A model generated the notes under the pieces. The model saw only the letters and a program-made list of their open reading frames with translations, was not told where the DNA came from and did no database searches. 64,000 nt of DNA, taken from the NCBI GenBank assembly GCA_963727485.1, contig CAVSGM010000001.1:1056001-1120000 (forward strand), read 5' to 3'. The translations under genes and the position numbers were made by a program. Below are positions 19,862-31,080 of the stretch, piece by piece (the first letter of the stretch is position 1; every line of letters begins with the position of its first letter). Source of the stretch: an uncultured delta proteobacterium. Lineage in GTDB: Bacteria; Myxococcota; Myxococcia; SLRQ01.

Positions 19862-20913
19862 ATGCCCGCCTTCCGCCAGCCCGCCGAGTGGGATCCCCAC
19901 GCCGCCTGCTGGGTCGCCTGGCCCAGCCACGCCGATCTCTGGGGCGAGCGCCTCGCGGAGGCCCGGGCCGCCTTCGTGGCCCTGTGCCGGGGCATCGCCG
20001 ACCCCGACGGCGAGGGCCGGGCCCGGGGCGAGCGCCTCGAGTGCCTGGTCCTCGACGACCGGGGCGAGGCGAAGGCCGCCGGGGCGCTGGCGGGCCTGCC
20101 GGTGCGCTTCCACCAGATCCCGTTCGGGGACATCTGGCTCCGGGACACCGGGCCCATCTTCGTCACCGACGACGCGGGGCGCGTGGCCGGGACGCGGTTC
20201 CTCTTCAACGGCTGGGGCGGGAAGTACGAGCTCGAGGGCGACGAGACGGTGGGCGACGCCATCGCCGCCGCCGCCGGGGTGCCGGTCCACCACCACGGCC
20301 TGGTCCTCGAGGGGGGCGCGGTGGAGGTCGACGGGGAGGGGACGCTCCTCACCACCCGCCAGTGCCTGGAGAACCCCAACCGCAACCCGGGCTTCGAGCG
20401 GGAGGCCACCGAGCGGGTGCTGGCCGCGGCCCTCGGCGCCGAGACGGTGATCTGGCTCGACCGGGGCCTGAAGAACGACCACACCGACGGCCACGTGGAC
20501 ACCCTGGCGCGCTTCGTCGCCCCGGGCCGGGTCCTGTGCATGGCCCCGAACGGGCCCGGTGACCCCAACGCCGAGGCCCTCGAGGGCATCCGCCACGACC
20601 TGTCGCAGGCGGTGGACGCCCGGGGCCGGGCCCTGGAGGTGGTGTCCCTCCCCTCGCCGGGGGCGGTGCTCGACGGAGAGGGGCGGCTGATGCCCGCCAG
20701 CTACGTGAACTTCTACATCGCCAACACCGCGGTGGTGGTGCCCCAGTACGGGAAGCCCGAGGACGCCGAGGCGGTTTCCGTCGTCGCCGGCTGCTTCCCC
20801 GGCCGCCGGGTGGTCGGCGTCGACGCCCGGGCCATCCTCGAGGGGGGCGGTGCCTTCCACTGCATCACCCAGCAGCAGCCGGCGGGGGCGCCCGCCCCCG
20901 TGGAGGACGACTG

Positions 20914-20914
<1 letters not shown>
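19862..20914 (+). CDS. aguA: Agmatine deiminase
   Basis: PAEWDPH, WLRDTGP, FNGWGGKY, LEGG, DHTDGHVD, GGGAFHCITQQQP. Confidence 0.93.
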
Positions 20915-21776
<862 letters not shown>

Positions 21777-21780
<4 letters not shown>

Positions 21781-22466
21781 CGGCGCGCCCCACGGTGCTC
21801 CTCTTCGACGTGGACGGGACCCTGGTGACCACCGGGGGCGCCGGGCGCCGGGCCATGGAGCGCGCCTTCGAGGTCTTCGCCGGGCGCCGGGACGCCACCG
21901 AGGGGCTCTCCTTTGGCGGGATGACCGACCGGGGCATCGCCCGCTACGGCCTCGAGCGCATCGGCCGGGAGGCCGACGACGCCACCATCGACGCCTTCCT
22001 CGCCGCCTACCTCACGGTGCTCGACGCCGAGATCGCCGCGGCGGAGAACTACCGGGCGCTGCCCGGGGTCGAGGCCCTGGTGGCGGCGCTCCCGGCCCAC
22101 GACCACCTGGCCCTGGGCCTCGGCACCGGGAACGTCGAGGCCGGCGCCCGGGCCAAGCTCGCCCGGGTGGCCCTCGATGGCGCCTTCACCTTCGGGGGCT
22201 TCGGCGACGACCACGAGGACCGGGCGCTGCTGGTGCGCGCCGGGGCCGAGCGCGGGGCGGCGCGCCTGGGCCGGCCCCTCGACGCCTGCCGGGTGGTGAT
22301 CATCGGCGACACCCCCCGGGACGTGGCGGCGGCGCGGGCCATCGGGGCCGAGTGCCTGGCCGTCGCCACCGGCGGCGCCACCGCCGAGGTGCTCCGGGCC
22401 GCCGAGCCCACCCGCCTGGTCGCCGACCTCACCCACCCGAGCGTGCCCGGCTTCCTCGCCGGCTGA
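21777..22466 (+). CDS. HAD-superfamily hydrolase
   Basis: LFDVDGTL, TGN, IGDTPRD. Confidence 0.9.
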
Positions 22467-22470
22467 GCCC

Positions 22471-24297
22471 ATGGCGCCGCTCCTCTCGCTCACCGAGGTC
22501 CACCTGGCCTTCGGCGGCCCGCCGGTCCTGGAAGGGGTGAGCCTCCAGGTGGAGAAGGGCGAGCGGGTGGGGCTCCTGGGCCGCAACGGCGCCGGCAAGT
22601 CGTCGCTCCTGGCGCTCCTCGAGGGCACGGTCGCCCCCGACGCCGGCACCGTGGACCGGGCCCCGGCGCTCCGGGTCGCCCGGCTCCCCCAGGACGTCCC
22701 CGACGGCCTCGCCGGGACGGTGCGGGAGATCGTGGCCACCGGGCTCGGTCCCCTGCGCGCCGCGGTGGAGGACCAGGGCGAGTGGGCGCTGGCGCAGCGG
22801 GTCGACCGGGTGCTCCAGGACACGGGCCTCGACGGCGACGCCGAGGTGGCGACCCTCTCCGGGGGCCTCTCGCGCCGGGTGCTCCTGGCCCGGGCCCTGG
22901 TGAGCGATCCCGACGTCCTCCTCCTCGACGAGCCCACCAACCACCTCGACCTCGAGGCCATCGAGTGGCTCGAGTCCATGCTCCTCGCCGGCCGCCAGGC
23001 CCTGGTCTTCGTCACCCACGACCGGGCGTTCCTCCGGCGGCTCGCCACCCGCATCGTCGAGCTCGATCGCGGGCGTCTGTTCGACTTCGCCTGCGACTAC
23101 GACACCTTCGTCGCCCGCAAGGAGGCGCTGCTGGAGGCCGAGGCCAAGGCCGACGCCCGCTTCGACAAGCGCCTCGCCGAGGAGGAGGTCTGGATCCGCC
23201 AGGGCATCCAGGCCCGGCGCACCCGCAACGAGGGCCGGGTGCGGGCCCTGGAGGCGATGCGCGTGGCGAGGCAGGCGCGCCGGACGCGGACGGGCCAGGC
23301 GACCCTGACCCTCCTCGAGGCCGAGCGCAGCGGGAAGCTGGTGGTCGAGACCGAGGATCTGGGCTTCGCCTACGACGGCGGCCCGCCGGTGATCCGGGGG
23401 CTGACGACGACCCTCCTCCGGGGCGACCGGGTGGGCATCGTCGGCCCCAACGGCGCGGGCAAGACCACGCTGCTGCGCGTCCTCCTCGGGGAGCTGAAGC
23501 CCACCTCGGGGAGGGTGCGCCTGGGGACGAACCTCGAGGTCCTCTACCTCGACCAGCGCCGGGACACCCTCGATCCCGAGCGCACGGTGCGGTGGAACCT
23601 CGCCGGCGACGACGACTTCGTGTCGGTGGGCGGCGAGCGGCGCCACGTCATCGGTTACCTCCAGGACTTCCTGTTCACCCCCGACCGGGCCAACTCGCCG
23701 GTGCGCATCCTCTCCGGGGGCGAGAAGAGCCGGCTGCTGCTGGCCCGGGGCTTCACCCGGCCCGCGAACGTCCTGGTCCTCGACGAGCCCACCAACGACC
23801 TCGACCTCGAGACCCTCGACCTGTTGGAGGCGCGGCTGGCGGCGTTCACCGGCACCGTGCTCCTGGTGAGCCACGACCGGGACTTCCTCGACCGGGTGGT
23901 GACCAGCACCCTGGTCTTCGAGGGCGGGGGGCGGGTGGCCGAGTACGTGGGCGGGTACAGCGACTGGGTGCGCCAGCGGCCGGCGCCGGCGGTGCAAGGC
24001 CGCAAGGCGAAGGCGGGCGGCGGCGAGGCGAAGGCCGGCGGCACCAAGGGGAAGCCGAAGTCGCCCCGGCCCAAGAAGCTCGGCTTCAAGGAGAAGCGCG
24101 AGCTCGCCGAGCTGCCGGGGCGCATCGAGGCCCTGGAGCAGGAGCAGGCGGCGCTCCACGCCAGGATGGCCGACCCGGCGCTCTACCGCGACGCCGGCGC
24201 CGAGGTGGCCAAGATCCAGGCGCGCCTCGACGCCCTCGACGGCGAGCTCGAGGTCGCCTACGCGCGGTGGGCCGAGCTCGACGCGATCCCCGAGTAG
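22471..24297 (+). CDS. uup: ABC-F ATPase, Uup-like
   Basis: Two ABC domains (GRNGAGKS, GPNGAGKT, LDEPTN twice), WIRQGIQARRTRNEGRVRAL linker, C-terminal coiled coil ending YARWAEL. Confidence 0.88.
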   Translation: MAPLLSLTEVHLAFGGPPVLEGVSLQVEKGERVGLLGRNGAGKSSLLALLEGTVAPDAGTVDRAPALRVARLPQDVPDGLAGTVREIVATGLGPLRAAVEDQGEWALAQRVDRVLQDTGLDGDAEVATLSGGLSRRVLLARALVSDPDVLLLDEPTNHLDLEAIEWLESMLLAGRQALVFVTHDRAFLRRLATRIVELDRGRLFDFACDYDTFVARKEALLEAEAKADARFDKRLAEEEVWIRQGIQARRTRNEGRVRALEAMRVARQARRTRTGQATLTLLEAERSGKLVVETEDLGFAYDGGPPVIRGLTTTLLRGDRVGIVGPNGAGKTTLLRVLLGELKPTSGRVRLGTNLEVLYLDQRRDTLDPERTVRWNLAGDDDFVSVGGERRHVIGYLQDFLFTPDRANSPVRILSGGEKSRLLLARGFTRPANVLVLDEPTNDLDLETLDLLEARLAAFTGTVLLVSHDRDFLDRVVTSTLVFEGGGRVAEYVGGYSDWVRQRPAPAVQGRKAKAGGGEAKAGGTKGKPKSPRPKKLGFKEKRELAELPGRIEALEQEQAALHARMADPALYRDAGAEVAKIQARLDALDGELEVAYARWAELDAIPE

Positions 24298-24370
24298 GGC
24301 GCCGATCCACGCAAGCCGTGCGATGGCCTCGGCGCCACCACGCAACGACTGCAGGCGGCTCAGAACGATA

Positions 24371-24388
24371 TCGGACAAAATTGTCCGA
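24371..24388. promoter_or_regulatory. Perfect palindromic operator upstream of qNor
   Basis: TCGGACAA-AA-TTGTCCGA in an AT-rich patch. Confidence 0.65.
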
Positions 24389-24409
24389 AATCATTGGGGA
24401 AGCAGAATC

Positions 24410-24424
24410 CGGCACGGCCGTTGC
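24410..24424 (+). promoter_or_regulatory. Sigma-54 -24/-12 promoter of qNor
   Basis: CGGCAC-GGCCG-TTGC, 40 bp before the ATG. Confidence 0.75.
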
Positions 24425-24463
24425 CTTGGGGCGGGGCAACCCTTCCAACCCGGAGCTCGTCCC

Positions 24464-26752
24464 ATGCGTCTGCGAAAGTACTGGATCGCGCTTGCCGTCG
24501 TCGTCGGTGCCTCGTTCCTCGTCCTCGGGGGCGAAGGCGTCCAGCTGCACCACGCGCTGCCGCCCGTCCCCGGCACCGTCGTCGGCCCCGCCGGCCGGGT
24601 GGTCACCACCCGCGCCGCCATCCAGCGGGGCCAGGCGGTCTGGGAGTCGTTGGGCGGCCAGGAGATGGGCTCCATCTGGGGCCACGGCGCCTACGTGGCC
24701 CCGGACTGGACCGCCGACTGGCTCCACCGTGAGGCGACCTTCGTCCTCGACGACTGGGCCCGCGCCGAGGGCGCTACCGGCTTCGCCGCCCTCTCGTTGG
24801 AGCAGCAGGGCGCCCTGAAGGCGCGCCTGAAGCCGGTGATGCGCCACGACACCTACGACGCGAGGACGGACACGGTGACCCTGCCGGCGGCGCGCGTCGC
24901 CGCCTTCGACGCCCTCTCGCGCCACTACGCCGCGGTCTTCACCCAGGGGAAGGCGGCCTACGCGATCCCGGCCAAGACCCTCACCGACCCCTCGAAGCTC
25001 GAGGACCTGGCGGCCTTCTACTGGTGGACGAGCTGGGTCGCCTCGACGGACCGCCCGGGCTCGGACGTCACCTACACCCAGAACTGGCCCCACGAGGCGC
25101 TGGTGGGCAACGTCGCCACCGCCGGCAACGTGATGTGGAGCTTCGCCTCGGTGATCCTCCTGCTCGCCGCCATCGGCGCCATGGTCTGGTGGCGCCAGGG
25201 CCGCTCGGAGCCCGAGACCCGTCAGACGGACCTCCCCGAGACCGATCCCCTCCTCGGGGTGACGCCGACCCCGAGCCAGCGCGCCACCTACAAGTACTTC
25301 GTCGTCGTCGTGGGCATGATGGTGCTCCAGGTGGCCATGGGCGCCCTCACCGCCCACTACGGCGTCGAGGGCAACGGGGTCTTCGGCTTCCCCCTGGCGA
25401 AGTACCTCCCCTACGCGGTGACGCGCTCCTGGCATCTGCAGCTGGGCATCTTCTGGATCGCCACCGCCTGGCTCGCCACCGGCCTCTACCTGGCGCCGCT
25501 GCTCGGCGGCACCGAGCCGAGGTACCAGCGCCTCGGGGTGAACGTCCTCTTCGGCGCCCTGGTGGTGGTGGTCGGTGGCACCCTGGTGGGCCAGTGGCTG
25601 TCCGTGAAGCAGGATCTCCCGCTCTCGCTCTCCTACCTCCTCGGCCACCAGGGCTTCGAGTACGTGGACCTGGGGCGGGTGTGGCAGATCGGGCTCTTCG
25701 TGGGCCTCTTCCTCTGGCTGGGGCTGATGCTCCGGGGCCTGTGGCCGGCGCTGGGGCGCCGTGACGAGCAGCGCCCGCTCCTGCTCCTGTTCACCCTCTC
25801 GGCGCTGGCCATCGCCAGCTTCTACGGCGCCGGCCTGATGTACGGGGCCAAGAGCCACCTGGGCTCGGTGGAGTACTGGCGCTGGTGGGTGGTGCACCTG
25901 TGGGTCGAGGGCTTCTTCGAGGTCTTCGCCACCGTGGCCATCGCCTTCCTCTTCGTGAAGCTCGGGCTGCTCAATGCCAAGCGGGTCACCCCGGTGGTCC
26001 TCTTCGCCACCGCGGTCTTCCTCGCCGGCGGCATCATCGGCACCTTCCACCACCTCTACTTCGCCGGGACGCCGTCGCCGGTGCTGGCGCTGGGCGCGGT
26101 GTTCAGCGCCCTGGAGGTCGTCCCCCTGGTGCTGGTGGGCTTCGAGGTCTGGCAGAACCTCCACCTCCTCGACGCCAAGCCCTGGCTCGCCGGCTACAAG
26201 TGGCCCATCTACTTCTTCGTCGCCGTGAGCTTCTGGAACCTGGTGGGCGCCGGCCTCTTCGGCTTCCTCATCAACCCGCCGGTGGCCCTCTACTACATGC
26301 AGGGCCTCAACCTCACGCCGCTCCACGGCCACACGGCGCTCTTCGGGGTCTACGGGATGCTGGGCATCGGCCTGATGCTCTTCACCCTCCGGGCGCTCAA
26401 GCCCCGCGCGGTGTGGAACGACCGGATCCTCTCGGTGGCCTTCTGGACCCTCAACGGCGGGCTGGCGGGGATGTCGCTACTCTCGCTGCTCCCGGTGGGC
26501 GTCCTCCAGACGATGGCGTCGGTGCAGCAGGGGACCTGGTACGCCCGGTCCGCGGCGTTCCTCCAGACCCCGCTGATGCAGGACCTCCGGTGGCTGCGGG
26601 TCCCCGGCGACGTGGTGTTCACCGTGGGCATCGCGCTGGTGACCTTCTTCGTCGTCGGCCTGCCGCTGGGGTGGTCGACCCTGAAGCAGGCGAAGGGCAC
26701 GCTGCCGGTGCCCGAGGCCGAGCCGGCCCCCGCGGTCGACCGGGCCGCCTGA
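24464..26752 (+). CDS. norB: Quinol-dependent nitric oxide reductase (qNor/NorZ)
   Basis: GSIWGHGAYVAPDWTADWLH, WHLQLGIFW, HLWVEGFFE, GTFHHLYF, HGHTALFGVYG; ~760 aa single subunit with no NorC partner. Confidence 0.95.
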   Translation: MRLRKYWIALAVVVGASFLVLGGEGVQLHHALPPVPGTVVGPAGRVVTTRAAIQRGQAVWESLGGQEMGSIWGHGAYVAPDWTADWLHREATFVLDDWARAEGATGFAALSLEQQGALKARLKPVMRHDTYDARTDTVTLPAARVAAFDALSRHYAAVFTQGKAAYAIPAKTLTDPSKLEDLAAFYWWTSWVASTDRPGSDVTYTQNWPHEALVGNVATAGNVMWSFASVILLLAAIGAMVWWRQGRSEPETRQTDLPETDPLLGVTPTPSQRATYKYFVVVVGMMVLQVAMGALTAHYGVEGNGVFGFPLAKYLPYAVTRSWHLQLGIFWIATAWLATGLYLAPLLGGTEPRYQRLGVNVLFGALVVVVGGTLVGQWLSVKQDLPLSLSYLLGHQGFEYVDLGRVWQIGLFVGLFLWLGLMLRGLWPALGRRDEQRPLLLLFTLSALAIASFYGAGLMYGAKSHLGSVEYWRWWVVHLWVEGFFEVFATVAIAFLFVKLGLLNAKRVTPVVLFATAVFLAGGIIGTFHHLYFAGTPSPVLALGAVFSALEVVPLVLVGFEVWQNLHLLDAKPWLAGYKWPIYFFVAVSFWNLVGAGLFGFLINPPVALYYMQGLNLTPLHGHTALFGVYGMLGIGLMLFTLRALKPRAVWNDRILSVAFWTLNGGLAGMSLLSLLPVGVLQTMASVQQGTWYARSAAFLQTPLMQDLRWLRVPGDVVFTVGIALVTFFVVGLPLGWSTLKQAKGTLPVPEAEPAPAVDRAA

Positions 26753-26791
26753 TCCGTCCGGGTGGCGCCCGGCGGCGCCGGCTGCCGTCCG

Positions 26792-27577
26792 TCAGCGGCC
26801 AGCGGCGAGGGTGGCGACCACGTGGTCGTGCACCAGACCGTTGGACGCCACCGCCTCGCCGCGCTCGAGGTCCACCGGCCCGCCGTCCGGGGCGGTGAAC
26901 CGTCCGCCCGCCTCGGGGACCAGGATCGCCAGGGGCGCCAGGTCCCACACCTTCACCCCGCCCTCGACCCAGGCGTCGGCCTGGCCGTCGAGGACCATGG
27001 CGCACCCGGCGAGGTCGCCGTGGCAGCGCACCGAGGCGGCGGTCTTCATCAGCTCGGTGACCCCCGGGGCCAGGGCGCTCGGGAGCAGGCACTGGAGCTC
27101 GCCTACGCTGAAGGTCGCCTCGTCCCAGGCGCGCACCCCCGAGACCCGCAGGCGCGTCCCGTCGCGCCAGGCCCCGAGCCCCTGGCCGGCCCAGTAGGTG
27201 ACCCCCAGGGCGGGCAGGGCGAGCGCCCCGGCGAGGACCTCGCCCCGGTGCTCGAAGGCCACCAGTGGCCCCCAGAACGGGCCCCCGCGGGTGAAGCCCC
27301 GGGTGCCGTCGATGGGGTCGACGATCCACCGGCTCTCGCCTTCGCCGGCGTGGTGGCCGGTCTCCTCGCCGAGGACGGCGTGGGTGGGGAAGGTGGCGCG
27401 GAGGGTGGCCAGGATCGCCTCCTCGGCGTCCCGGTCCGCGGCGGTCACCGGCGAGCGGTCGGGCTTGAGCTCCACCCGGACGCCTTCACGGAAGTGGGGG
27501 AGGGCGGCGGCGCCGGCGGCGGCCACCGCCCGGCGGCACACGGCCACCACGCGCTCGAGGTCGGGTCCTGGCGGCAT
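26792..27577 (-). CDS. Inositol monophosphatase family, HisN-like histidinol-phosphatase
   Basis: SPVTAADRDAE, LGEE, WIVDPIDGTRGF, WDLAPL. Confidence 0.88.
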   Translation of the reverse strand: MPPGPDLERVVAVCRRAVAAAGAAALPHFREGVRVELKPDRSPVTAADRDAEEAILATLRATFPTHAVLGEETGHHAGEGESRWIVDPIDGTRGFTRGGPFWGPLVAFEHRGEVLAGALALPALGVTYWAGQGLGAWRDGTRLRVSGVRAWDEATFSVGELQCLLPSALAPGVTELMKTAASVRCHGDLAGCAMVLDGQADAWVEGGVKVWDLAPLAILVPEAGGRFTAPDGGPVDLERGEAVASNGLVHDHVVATLAAGR

Positions 27578-27628
27578 GGCCGCGATGGTATTAGACAACC
27601 GGGAAGCCGCACACCCCGGAGGCGCGCC

Positions 27629-28225
27629 GTGAAGCAGATCACCGAAGACGTCTGGAGCTGGTCGGTCTTCCACCCCGAGAAGGGCTACGACTTCAATGGG
27701 CTCTACCTCGACCTGGGCGACATGGCCGTCCTGGTGGACCCGCCGCCGATGACCGACGACGACCTGGCGAAGCTCGGGGAGCTCAAGCGCCCGGACCGCA
27801 TCGTCCTCACCAACCGGGACCACCGCCGGGACGCGGAGAAGCTCCGGGATGAGCTCGACGCCCCCATCTGGATCCACCTGGCCGACCAGCCCACCGTGGG
27901 CTGCGAGGTGGACCACACCTTCGGCGACGACGACGAGGTGGCCCCGGGGATCGTCGCGGTGCGCGTGCCCCACAACAAGTCGCCGGGGGAGTGCGCCCTG
28001 TGGTGGAAGGCGCGGCGGATCCTGATCCTCGGCGACGCCCTCATCGGCGACCCGCCCGGGAGGCTCCGGCTCCTGCCCGCCGAGAAGTACGCCGACACCG
28101 CCAAGGCCCGGGAGGGGATCCGGGTGCTCGAGGATCTGCCGGCCCACATGGTGCTGGTGGGCGACGGGGCGAGCGTCCTCGAGGGCGGCGCCGCGGCGGT
28201 GCGGGCGTTCCTCGAGACCGCCTGA
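27629..28225 (+). CDS. Metallo-beta-lactamase-fold protein with degenerate metal motif
   Basis: GGAGG RBS, GTG 27629; LVDPP, LTNRDHRRD, KSPGE, GDALIG, VGDG. Confidence 0.8.
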   Translation: MKQITEDVWSWSVFHPEKGYDFNGLYLDLGDMAVLVDPPPMTDDDLAKLGELKRPDRIVLTNRDHRRDAEKLRDELDAPIWIHLADQPTVGCEVDHTFGDDDEVAPGIVAVRVPHNKSPGECALWWKARRILILGDALIGDPPGRLRLLPAEKYADTAKAREGIRVLEDLPAHMVLVGDGASVLEGGAAAVRAFLETA

Positions 28226-28246
28226 GCGCCCCGCCCCGACGGACCG

Positions 28247-28279
28247 AAAAAGGGCCCCCCGGTCTCCCAGGGGGCCCTT
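28247..28279 (-). terminator. Intrinsic terminator of the tRNA operon (probably bidirectional)
   Basis: AAAAAGGGCCCCC...GGGGGCCCTTT hairpin with T-tracts on both strands. Confidence 0.8.
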
Positions 28280-28356
<77 letters not shown>

Positions 28357-28370
28357 ATATTCGGGTTGTT

Positions 28371-28443
28371 TGGGCGGAACAGGGCTCGAACCTGTGACCC
28401 GCGGCTTGTAAAGCCGCTGCTCTACCAGCTGAGCTACCCGCCC
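28371..28443 (-). tRNA. tRNA-Val(TAC), CCA not encoded
   Basis: Reverse complement GGGCGGGTAGCTCAGCTGGTAGAGCAGCGGCTT-TAC-AAGCCGCGGGTCACAGGTTCGAGCCCTGTTCCGCCCA. Confidence 0.95.
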
Positions 28444-28613
28444 CTTCAGCGGCGGCGAGTGGCGTCATATAGGGGAGCGGCACCGGTGGTGTCAAGCGCG
28501 CCGAGCCCCTGGGGCGCGCTGCCCGGGTCCGATGGCACCATCCGGGTCCAGAGTGACCCGGGTCCGCGCGCCCCAGGGGATCGCAACCGGCTGGAATCAG
28601 GACGTCCTCTCCT

Positions 28614-28629
28614 CGGCATGGGCGCTGCA
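28614..28629 (+). promoter_or_regulatory. Possible sigma-54 promoter of the signalling cluster
   Basis: CGGCATGGGCGCTGCA with GG-N10-GC spacing, 50 bp upstream of ATG 28679. Confidence 0.45.
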
Positions 28630-28678
28630 CTACCCGGCTCCAGCGCCGCAACCGGCCGCCACCGTCAAGGAGACGCCC

Positions 28679-29218
28679 ATGCCTACCCGCAACCACTCGA
28701 TCCTCATCGTCGACGACGAGGACAACGTTCGGAACGCCCTGCGCCGGACCCTGCGCAAGGACCCCTACGATCTCACCTTCGCCACCAGCGGCGAGGAGGC
28801 CCTGGCGCTCCTGGAGGTCCAGCCCGTCGACCTCATCGTCAGCGACCACCTGATGCCGGGGATGACCGGCCTCGAGCTCCTCAAGACCGTGAGGAACCTC
28901 TACCCGGAGGTCATGCGCATCATCCTCACCGGCCACGCCGACCTCGAGACCGCCATCGCCGCCATCAACCAGGGTGAGATCTACCGCTTCCTCACCAAGC
29001 CCTGGGACGACGTGGACCTCAAGGTCACCCTCCACCTGGCCCTCGAGCACCTCGACCTGGAGCGGGAGAACAACCGCCTCCTGGACACCGTGCGCCGCCA
29101 GTCGAACTTCATCCGCCGCCTCGAGGACACCTACCCCGGGATCGCCGAGGTAAGGCGCGACGCCGACGGCGCCGTGGTGATCACCGAGGAGGAGCTCGCC
29201 GAAGCCTGGGGAGCGTAA
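28679..29218 (+). CDS. Response regulator receiver with C-terminal coiled coil
   Basis: AAGGAG RBS; ILIVDDE, VSDHLMPGMTG, ILTGHAD, FLTKPWD. Confidence 0.92.
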   Translation: MPTRNHSILIVDDEDNVRNALRRTLRKDPYDLTFATSGEEALALLEVQPVDLIVSDHLMPGMTGLELLKTVRNLYPEVMRIILTGHADLETAIAAINQGEIYRFLTKPWDDVDLKVTLHLALEHLDLERENNRLLDTVRRQSNFIRRLEDTYPGIAEVRRDADGAVVITEEELAEAWGA

Positions 29219-31020
29219 TGGACCTCCACGACGCCAGCGCCCAGCTCGACGAGCTCAAGTCCCGGGTCGCCCTCGCCGAGACCGTCAACCAGATCAGCAC
29301 CTCCCTGGCCTCGTGCCTCGACCTCCCCAAGCTGGTCGGGGAGGTCATCGCCTCGGTCAAGGGGCTCCTCGAGGCCGAGGCCGCCACCGTCTTCCTCTAC
29401 GATCAGGCCTCGGGGGAGCTCACCTTCGACGCCGTCTCCGGCGGCGCCGAGGAGGAGGTGCGCAGCCTGCGCCTGAAGCCCGGCGAGGGTCTGGCCGGCT
29501 GGGTCGCCGAGCACCAGGCGGCCGTGGCCGTCGCCGACGTCCAGCACGATCCCCGCTTCAGCGGCCGCCTCGACGAGAAGACCGGCTTCGTCACCCGCAG
29601 CGTCGTCGCCGCGCCCCTGATGTTCCGGGGGCGCCTGGTGGGCGTGGTCGAGGCCGTCAACCGCACCCAGGGCCGATCGTTCTCCGACGCCGACGCCCGC
29701 ACCCTCGCCACCCTCGCCCCCCACGTGGCCGTGGCGTTGAACAACGCCGGGATCACCGCCGAGCTGGTGAGCAGCAAGGAGGGCCTGGAGGCCGAGGTCC
29801 AGCGGCGCCTGGTCCAGATCATCAACGGCAAGAAGGAGTGGGAGCGCACCTTCGACGCCATCGAGGACCCCCTGCTCATCATCGAGGCCGGCTACCGGGT
29901 GCGCCGCGCCAACCTCGCCGTCGCCGCCCGGTCGGGGCTGCCCATCGTCCAGGTCCCGGGGAAGCGCTGCTACGAGGTGGCCTTCGGCCGCGATGCCCCG
30001 TGCCCCGGCTGCCCCCTCGCCGAAGCCCTCGCCGGCAAGGCCGCCAGCGCCGTCCTCGAGCTCGACGGCGCCGTGTTCCAGGCGAGCCACTTCCCCATCG
30101 ACAACGGCGCCGGCGAGGTCTACGCGGCGGCGTGTACCTACCGGGACGTGACCGCGGCCCGGGAGATGGAGGCGCGCCTCCGCGAGGTGGAGAAGATGGC
30201 CTCGGTGGGCCAGCTCGCCGCCGGCGTGGCCCACGAGATCAACAACCCCATGGCCTTCCTCTCGTCGAACCTCTCGACCCTGCGCAGCTACTTCGACGAC
30301 CTGGGCTCGGTGGTGCGCAAGGTCCGGCTCCTGGCCCCGGTGGCCGACCGCGCCGCCGACGACCAGCTCCGGGAGGTGGTGCGGCGCCTCGCCCGGGCCG
30401 TGGGGACCGAGCTCGACCTCGACGACATCCTCACCGACGGCGTCGCCCTCCTCGACGAGTCCGAGGGCGGCGCGAAGCGGGTGACCCACATCGTCAGGCA
30501 GCTCCAGGCCTTCGCCAAGGAGAAGCGCTCCGCCGAGGAGGACGTCCGCCTCGCCGACAGCGTGGAGCGGGCGGTGCGCACCCTGGCCGCCGAGGTCCCC
30601 GGCGCCGAGGTCCAGGTGGCGCGCCACACCGACGCCCGGGTGCGGGTCTCGCCCATCTCCCTGGACCAGGCCCTGACCGCGCTCCTCCGCAACGCCGTCC
30701 AGGCCGCCCCGGGGGCGCCGGTGGACGTCACCGTGGACCTCGAGGACGACCTGGTGGTCCTGGCCGTCGAGGACCGCGGCGAAGGCATCCCCCAGGAGGT
30801 GCGCGGGCGCATCTTCGACCCGTTCTTCACCACCCGGGGCATCGGCGGCGGGCTGGGCCTGGGCCTCGCCACCGTCTACGCCACGGTCCGCCGCCACCGG
30901 GGCGTGGTCGAGGTCGAGGACCGCCCCGGCGGCGGCACCCGGATGGTGCTCAAGTTCCCGGTGGTGCCCGCCCTCCGGTCCTCGGCAACGGCGGTGGCCG
31001 TGTCCCGGGCCCACGGGTGA
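29218..31020 (+). CDS. Cytoplasmic GAF-PAS histidine kinase
   Basis: GAF (GEGLAGWV, DPRF), PAS with C-x10-C-x2-C, AHEINNP, FDPFFTT, GLGLGL; no TM helix. Confidence 0.92.
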   Translation: MDLHDASAQLDELKSRVALAETVNQISTSLASCLDLPKLVGEVIASVKGLLEAEAATVFLYDQASGELTFDAVSGGAEEEVRSLRLKPGEGLAGWVAEHQAAVAVADVQHDPRFSGRLDEKTGFVTRSVVAAPLMFRGRLVGVVEAVNRTQGRSFSDADARTLATLAPHVAVALNNAGITAELVSSKEGLEAEVQRRLVQIINGKKEWERTFDAIEDPLLIIEAGYRVRRANLAVAARSGLPIVQVPGKRCYEVAFGRDAPCPGCPLAEALAGKAASAVLELDGAVFQASHFPIDNGAGEVYAAACTYRDVTAAREMEARLREVEKMASVGQLAAGVAHEINNPMAFLSSNLSTLRSYFDDLGSVVRKVRLLAPVADRAADDQLREVVRRLARAVGTELDLDDILTDGVALLDESEGGAKRVTHIVRQLQAFAKEKRSAEEDVRLADSVERAVRTLAAEVPGAEVQVARHTDARVRVSPISLDQALTALLRNAVQAAPGAPVDVTVDLEDDLVVLAVEDRGEGIPQEVRGRIFDPFFTTRGIGGGLGLGLATVYATVRRHRGVVEVEDRPGGGTRMVLKFPVVPALRSSATAVAVSRAHG

Positions 31021-31080
31021 TCCACCCCCGACGGCCGCGCCCTGGCCGAGGGCGGGCCGGTGGGCTATGGTCGCTTGAAG

